Below the pieces are notes generated by a model that worked only from the letters and a program-made list of their open reading frames with translations, was not told where the DNA came from and searched no databases. Source: Eledone cirrhosa (lineage: Eukaryota). From it: 64,000 nt of DNA. The position numbers and the translations under genes are program-made. Positions within the stretch are counted from its first letter, which is position 1. Each line of letters starts with the position of its first letter. Shown in pieces: positions 56,796 to 64,000 of the stretch. The stretch is from the NCBI GenBank assembly GCA_964016885.1, contig OZ024751.1, positions 25,172,001 to 25,236,000 on the forward strand. The letters are read 5' to 3'.

Positions 56796-57172
56796 GTAAA
56801 TGATTTTTTTGTGTTGTGGTGAACACCCCTTTAGGATTAAAGAAATGGACTCGGTGGACTATTATAAATAAACAACGTGTCTCATTGTCAGGAGTTCCGT
56901 TGGATTCTCGCTTGAAAGTCTCACGTTTTGTAGTCGGAAGTTACGCCTGAGATAAAATTATTAGTACCCCTGCTCATAGAAAATATAACCAGCCCGAAGG
57001 GTTACAAAGATTTAAAACTAGGCATTCAAAATGGCCACCGGGATTGCTATTAGGAAAGGGTGTGATTCACGGGTTAATTTTAGACGATTAGTTTATATCA
57101 AATCGTGTCTATGTGTCAGATGACAACTATGTCTCATGTGGTATTTTTGCGGCATATGGAGGTCTTCCGCCA

Positions 57173-57368
57173 TATGGATTCACCGAACATTTATTATAAT
57201 GCTCGGTGTGTTTGTAAACAAACATCCCGAATTAAGCCGTACAGTGTCTAGCAACCATCGTTGCCCTTTTTTATTTATTTTTTTGGTTGCTAGACACTGT
57301 ACGGCTTAATTCGGGATGTTTGATTACAAACACATCGAGCATTATAATAAATGTTCGGTGAATCCATA
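57173..57368. repeat. Inverted repeat with 85-bp arms
   Basis: 57173-57257 versus 57284-57368, few mismatches, 26-nt spacer. Confidence 0.92.
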
Positions 57369-58330
57369 CGTACATATATATATATGTGTGCATGTATGTA
57401 TATATATATACATACTACTGTAGGTCTGTATACATAATACATATATGTATGTACGTATGTAAGCACTATGTGTAAGCACTATGTGTCGATAATTGTCACA
57501 AGTGTAGTGTTTGTACCAGAGTTTTCAAGTCGCTGGTTGGACTAAAAAGTCACACTCGTTCAGCGCATCGGTAGGGGTTCTCCTACATGGATATAAAGTA
57601 GTGGCCGTACTCGAAAACGAGTTGGCAGCCACCATGTACGTATACATACTTATATTTATATAAATATATATATGTATGTATATATATATATGTATACGTA
57701 TATATGTCTATCCACATACATACACATACACATACATACGCACATACACACACACACATATACATATAGACCCACGAAAACAATTAACGGTGCTGCGATA
57801 GAATGTGGCTTTTTAGCCCAGCCAATGATCTAAATGTCTTGCACAGACTTGGCAACGAAAACATTCACTGGCAATAGCCCTACATACATACATACATACA
57901 TACATACATACATACATACATACATACATACATACATACATACATACATACATACATACATACAAATATACATTTTTTTATACATGCATACATATGTATA
58001 TATATAAATACTCATCAGCGAATAAATTCATCAAATGTAGTGAATAGTAGAGAATACGTATATACATCGTTGCATGAGAAGAGTAGATAGTATAATTGGA
58101 CTAATACAGCCTTAGGGAGATAACTGAAGTGTATACTTCTGTTAGTTATCATTGCAAATTTGTATTTGATACGTCACCAACGAAATACTGAGATTGAATC
58201 AATAATGTATCTCCTGAAAAACTATTTAATCCTAACCTTAAAAGTAATAAGGTCGTATTTTAAAAAAAGTGCTATAAAAGTGCATATGTATTTGGATGAA
58301 AAAGACTTACACATATACACTCACACACAC

Positions 58331-58389
<59 letters not shown>

Positions 58390-58530
58390 TATATATATAG
58401 TGTATGTAGTACGGTGAAATACTAGTTTTTGGTACCAAATCAACCACTCTATGCACAGACAGAGTGTATATAATAGAAAAAAAAGCGAGGAAATTTCATT
58501 TACATATGGAAAATGTTAATTGCGTATCGA

Positions 58531-58565
58531 CCTGTTACGCACGTTTCGCTGAGGATTGTCTCAAG
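58531..58565 (-). ncRNA. 3' half of a hammerhead, truncated at stem II
   Basis: tgag/acaatc/ctca-gc-GAAA-cgtgcg-TA-acagg; no CUGANGA. Confidence 0.4.
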
Positions 58566-58587
58566 GTAACCCATAGGAGTTATATAG

Positions 58588-58653
<66 letters not shown>

Positions 58654-58723
58654 GTAAACATTGATGCAATTCAATTCAAGCACTCACGTACTTTTTCCAC
58701 ATAGGAGTGACGGAGTAAATATC

Positions 58724-58956
58724 GAATAAGTAAAAGCGAAGTAGTTTCAGATGTTCAAGTTCTTTAATAATAATGCTGTGATATATATTTCAATGACGAC
58801 ACTGGCCACACTGTTCTGTGTGCGAGTGTCGTGACATCATCTGATGATGTCACGACACTCGCACACAGAACAGTGTGGCCAGTGTCGTCATTGAAATATA
58901 TATCACAGCATTATTATTAAAGGACTTGAACATCTGAAACTACTTCGCTTTTACTT

Positions 58957-58960
<4 letters not shown>
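58724..58960. repeat. 237-bp palindrome centred on a hammerhead core
   Basis: 117-bp arms, one mismatch seen, 3-nt loop ctg = start of CTGATGA (58841-58847). Confidence 0.92.
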
Positions 58961-59035
<75 letters not shown>

Positions 59036-59142
59036 GTATATATATACGTATATATGTAAACATATATATGTTTATGTAGATACATTTATATATATATATA
59101 TACATGCATTTATGCATATATTTATACATATACATGTATATA

Positions 59143-59191
<49 letters not shown>

Positions 59192-59279
59192 GTGTGTGTG
59201 AGTGTGTATAAGTCTTTTTCATCCAAATACATATGCAGTTTTATAGCACTTTTTTAAAATACGACCTTATTATACGACT

Positions 59280-59390
<111 letters not shown>

Positions 59391-59673
59391 TAGGCTGTGC
59401 ACTGAAGAAAGAATCAATATCCTGAGAAGTTGGCGTAATAGCGCTTGTTCAAACACCTATTACGTAATTACAAAGCTTCAGTTTGACTAACATGGAAAAT
59501 CTATAATAAATTTTCTGGATTGAATAACATGAATAATCTATTATTCTTCTAAGTATGCACAGTTATCTCCCTCGAACCGATGTAACCTTGGCTTACATCA
59601 CCTTGGGCGGTGACTATTTCTGCACATGCGTATTCGTACAGTAGTTTTTCTTTTTCGATACAAGCTCATTTAA

Positions 59674-59716
59674 ATTGAGCTGATGATCCGAATAAGGTGA
59701 AACAATTGTTCTTGGT
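59674..59716 (+). ncRNA. Degenerate minimal hammerhead
   Basis: attgag-CTGATGA-tcc/gaataa/ggt-GAAA-caattg-TT-cttggt; stem I relies on three G-U pairs. Confidence 0.6.
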
Positions 59717-59810
59717 AATGGTGTACTGAATGTTGTGGAACTACTTCTACCAAACTATTCCCATGGACTGAGTGCTTTCTTACTACGGATATAACCTACC
59801 AGTGGTCTAC

Positions 59811-59875
<65 letters not shown>

Positions 59876-60033
59876 TATATGTATATGTATATATACATGT
59901 GCACATGCATCATGTTTCATGCATAAAAATAAATATCACACAAGTTTTGTATACATTACGCACACACGCAGATACACATACACTCACACACTCACACACA
60001 GAGACACACACAGACACGCACACACACACACCC

Positions 60034-60090
<57 letters not shown>

Positions 60091-60385
60091 AGAGGGAAAT
60101 GTTCATAAAAAAAGAAAAAAGTCCTCAACAAGTGCAGCTGGTATATAAAAAGGGTCTTTAGAACATGTGTATAAAATTGATGTTAGCAAAAACTGCTCCC
60201 TACATTTTGGATTTTCAAAACATTAGTTATTATGTTAAATTGTTTTTGTTTTTTTTAAACTAATGCATGCTGATGTGTGTGCGTGTGTGTGTATATGTGT
60301 GTATGTGTGTATGTATGTGTGTGTATGTGTGTGTATGTGTGTATGTGTATGTGTGTGTATGTGTGTGTGTGTGTATGTGTGTGTA

Positions 60386-60416
<31 letters not shown>

Positions 60417-60575
60417 ATGTGTGTATGCGTGTGTATGCGTGTGTATGTGTGTATGTATGTGATTGGTGTGCATCTTTTAATAGTCAATTAGTTGAACGTA
60501 AATCATATGATGAAAATGTTGCTATAATGAAAATACGGAATTTAATTCTGCCAACTTTGTAATATTTTCCACCAG

Positions 60576-60740
60576 TTTATCGCCCATGCTAGCTGTCAGG
60601 AACATCTAATGAGTATTTGGTATGCTGGTGTCCCTTGGTTCCAACATCAGTCTTTTATGGTAAAACTATTCATTGTTCCACTCGGTATTCTTTTCATACC
60701 TGTTACTGCAATCATCTACGTATTCTTACCCTATTCCAAG
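60576..60740 (+). CDS. TRPC3/6/7-like channel exon (pre-S1 elbow), absent from the ORF track
   Basis: ccaccag|FIAHASCQEHLMSIWYAGVPWFQHQSFMVKLFIVPLGILFIPVTAIIYVFLPYSK|gtaagt; 165 nt, phase 0-0; matches TRPC FVAHPNCQQQLLSIWY. Confidence 0.95.
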
Positions 60741-60853
60741 GTAAGTGCAAATATATTTCAAATATGAAGCATTTTGTAATTGACTAAAGAGAGATAGTGC
60801 GCATCTGTCATCATTCTATCTGTCTGACTGTCTATAAAGTCATCTCTTCCCTA

Positions 60854-61204
<351 letters not shown>

Positions 61205-61523
61205 ATTGTAAACGGACATTATTATTATTAATACTATTATTATTATTATTCTCTACATTCCTTACATCAAACTAAAATATGTTGACAATCTTTTAATAAT
61301 GTCTTCATTGTGAAATTTGTGGTCTTGTTTTGCTTAACTAATGAATATTTCCAGCTCTGCGCACCTAACCTCTGCATGAACCCAGCCACCTAGCTGCTTT
61401 CTACTGCATATTGCATTTTGAGCACATGCCTTTACGCTTTGGCTTCTAACTAACTCACCAATCTTTCCTCTCATATCTCCTCTACTATCTCCATCTCTCT
61501 CTTTAAGATTGGTTACTCTTGAA

Positions 61524-61552
<29 letters not shown>

Positions 61553-61554
<2 letters not shown>

Positions 61555-61709
61555 CAATATTAAATAAATGGAAACTATATTTATAAAACCATATTTATTT
61601 CATTATATATATTTCGGGGATAGCATATTGTTAATATGATATCCCCGAAATATATATAATGAAATAAATATGGTTTTATAAATATAGTTTCCATTTATTT
61701 AATATTGTA
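61553..61709. repeat. 157-bp palindrome centred on hammerhead stem II
   Basis: Axis at 61631 within ggggata-g-catatt/gtt/aatatg-a-tatcccc-GAAA-tatata-TA-atgaaata. Confidence 0.9.
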
Positions 61710-61930
61710 AATATACTCCAAATATTTGTCGAGTGCTTTTATATCAGTTATAAATATTTACTAGTTGTAACCCAACAATTTTAAATATAACTTTCCATAT
61801 ATATATATATATATATATATTTATTAAAATAACAGATTAAAGTGTAAGCAAAGAATCGCTGCTTTCACCCTTAACGGGATCTTCTGAAACTCAGCCTTCT
61901 TTGGATTTTAGTCTTCAAATTTATTATTAT

Positions 61931-62001
<71 letters not shown>

Positions 62002-62228
62002 TATATATATGTGTCTGTGTGTGTATATATTATATTTATATATATTTAATTAAATATATTAGTTTAACTTTTTTCTTACGATATCAAGTATTAAACTGAA
62101 ATATTTCTTCCTTGTACTGTGTTGTTTGCTGTGTTGTTTCCGTTACCAACCATCACAAAGCTCGGGAGATCGAAGGTAAAATTCTATGTCTGATTACAAG
62201 GTATCAACAAAACAATCTATTCGACATT

Positions 62229-62417
62229 GGTGAATTGGTAGTATAGGTAGAGGGTCGGACTTCATGCTTTGACGTATAGAGTTACGGCCCTTGTCATTCT
62301 GAGTTCAAATCCCGCCGAGGTTAACTTTGCCTTTCATCCTTACGGGGTCGATAAAATAAAGTACCAGTAATACACTGGGTAATTTGCTGGCCTTGTGCCT
62401 AACGTAGAAACAATTAT
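62229..62417 (+). mobile_element. SINE A
   Basis: Family match. Confidence 0.9.
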
Positions 62418-62633
62418 AATAATTTTTCTAATTCACCTAGTTGCAAAATGCTGAAAATAAATATTGTTTCAAATAATACAGACTGGTTCATAAGTCACTC
62501 GATGTTTGTAGATTTTACGCCTTACATCATTGTAAAATTCTGAAGAAAATATTTCCAGGTAATGATTAAAGAATCCGCTTCGCAAGTGCCATCCACTCAG
62601 GTCTATGATTTAGTGGAGTCATTTACGGGAATT

Positions 62634-62673
<40 letters not shown>

Positions 62674-64000
62674 GCACATCTCTGATTAATCGGATGAATG
62701 TTTTGAAAACGCAAGACATATTGCGAATACAGAGTCAGGTTCTATCTGTAACAGATCGTGCCTCAAGCTGATCGACGCGGAAACATATGTAATATGTTAA
62801 TAAATTGTCGTTTGATTCCTCATTATCTATAATAATATACTCTGCTCTGCGCGAGCATCGAGTGCTCAAACGACATACCGCCCACGGACGCATTTAATTG
62901 CAACCCTACAACAACTATATATATATAGCCAAGTAAAAAACAAAAACAATAACAAAGAGTGCAGTTATATATATATATATATATATACGTGGTCGGGTCA
63001 ATAATCTCTAATAACCGGTATGAAAAGAAAAAGCTAGAACATTCAAACGAATTTTATTTGAAAATACATTCAATACTAGTAAAGAAAACATTAATAAAGT
63101 TATTTTTCAAAAATATCTCAATTTTCTTCTCTATTGTTTGAATCTCTCCATAATTATTTCTCCTCGGTTTATCTAATATACGCCGTCCATTTTCTTTCAT
63201 AATTTGAAATCTTGATGAAAGTGTGTTCTCTATACACAAAGTAAAGCAGTTACAACACTAACACTAACAACGACAATAATATATGAGTGGGATAAATTAC
63301 TACAAGGTGTCACATGATTTCTTCAGTTTTGTGAACTGTGTCATAAGAAAAACGACGAAGCATCGATGTTATTTTTTCATTATGACCTGATTGATGTGTG
63401 CATTATGTTAAGACATGCTTCAATTCCGGTTAAATGCAAGCAAAAAGAAAATCGAATTACCTTTTGTTCTTATCCAGCAGGTACCTTCTTTCTCTTTGCG
63501 ATCGATCGATATTTGCTTTTTACACGAATATTTTTGCTAGTTGTTTAGTTTATTCAGTACTAATTCATTGAACACAGCTATTGCTAAATTAATTCACATA
63601 ATATACGTTTGCTTTTCATCATGTTTGCACAGCGTATCCAACGTAAACTAGAAGGAGTTTATTACTCAATACCGAAACCTTTGTTTTTTAAGCAATACAT
63701 TAATTCGTCTTTTACAAATCAACACTTTTTCTTCGTCTAAAACGAACAGAACGCAAGATATTCTAAAACAAAAATATTGTTTCCAATCTTTTACACCAAC
63801 GTATCTAATCGATATCTAAGGTATATAATTTAAGATATATATCTAAGATATATAATTTTCATCATGAAATTTAAATAGAGTTTCAAGTGTAGGAAGCAAA
63901 TGAAAACCATTAACATTGAGTAAGTAAAATAATTTATTGTGACATTTTAATTTCATTCTTTACTGTATATAAAAGCAATAAATTTAAAACAGAAAAAAGG

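Noticed and set aside
62715-62797. GAAA-catatg-TA with a 7-bp stem I
   Set aside because: No recognisable CUGANGA core next to stem I

Overview
AT-rich, microsatellite-dense animal genomic DNA. The SINE families and (TA)n/(CA)n density suggest an octopus or other coleoid cephalopod (inference). The only host gene is the 5' part of a TRPC3/6/7-like cation channel on the + strand: four coding exons at 27047-28186, 54607-54924, 56637-56795 and 60576-60740, all GT-AG and phase 0, continuing beyond the window. The rest is mobile DNA: tRNA-derived SINEs, fragments of R4/Dong-type RLE, Tx1-like and RTE LINEs, two hAT MITEs, and mariner and Helitron-like remnants. The main signal not visible in the ORF track is a set of more than a dozen short non-coding inserts, mostly between (TA)n tracts, that carry intact, degenerate or half type-I hammerhead ribozymes from several unrelated sequence families, as expected for Penelope-like pLTRs. 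Several are long palindromes whose symmetry axis lies in hammerhead stem II or on the CUGAUGA core. In three copies of one family each pair of arms shares private substitutions, pointing to repeated independent fold-back at the ribozyme hairpin. All folds were done by eye and no activity is demonstrated.
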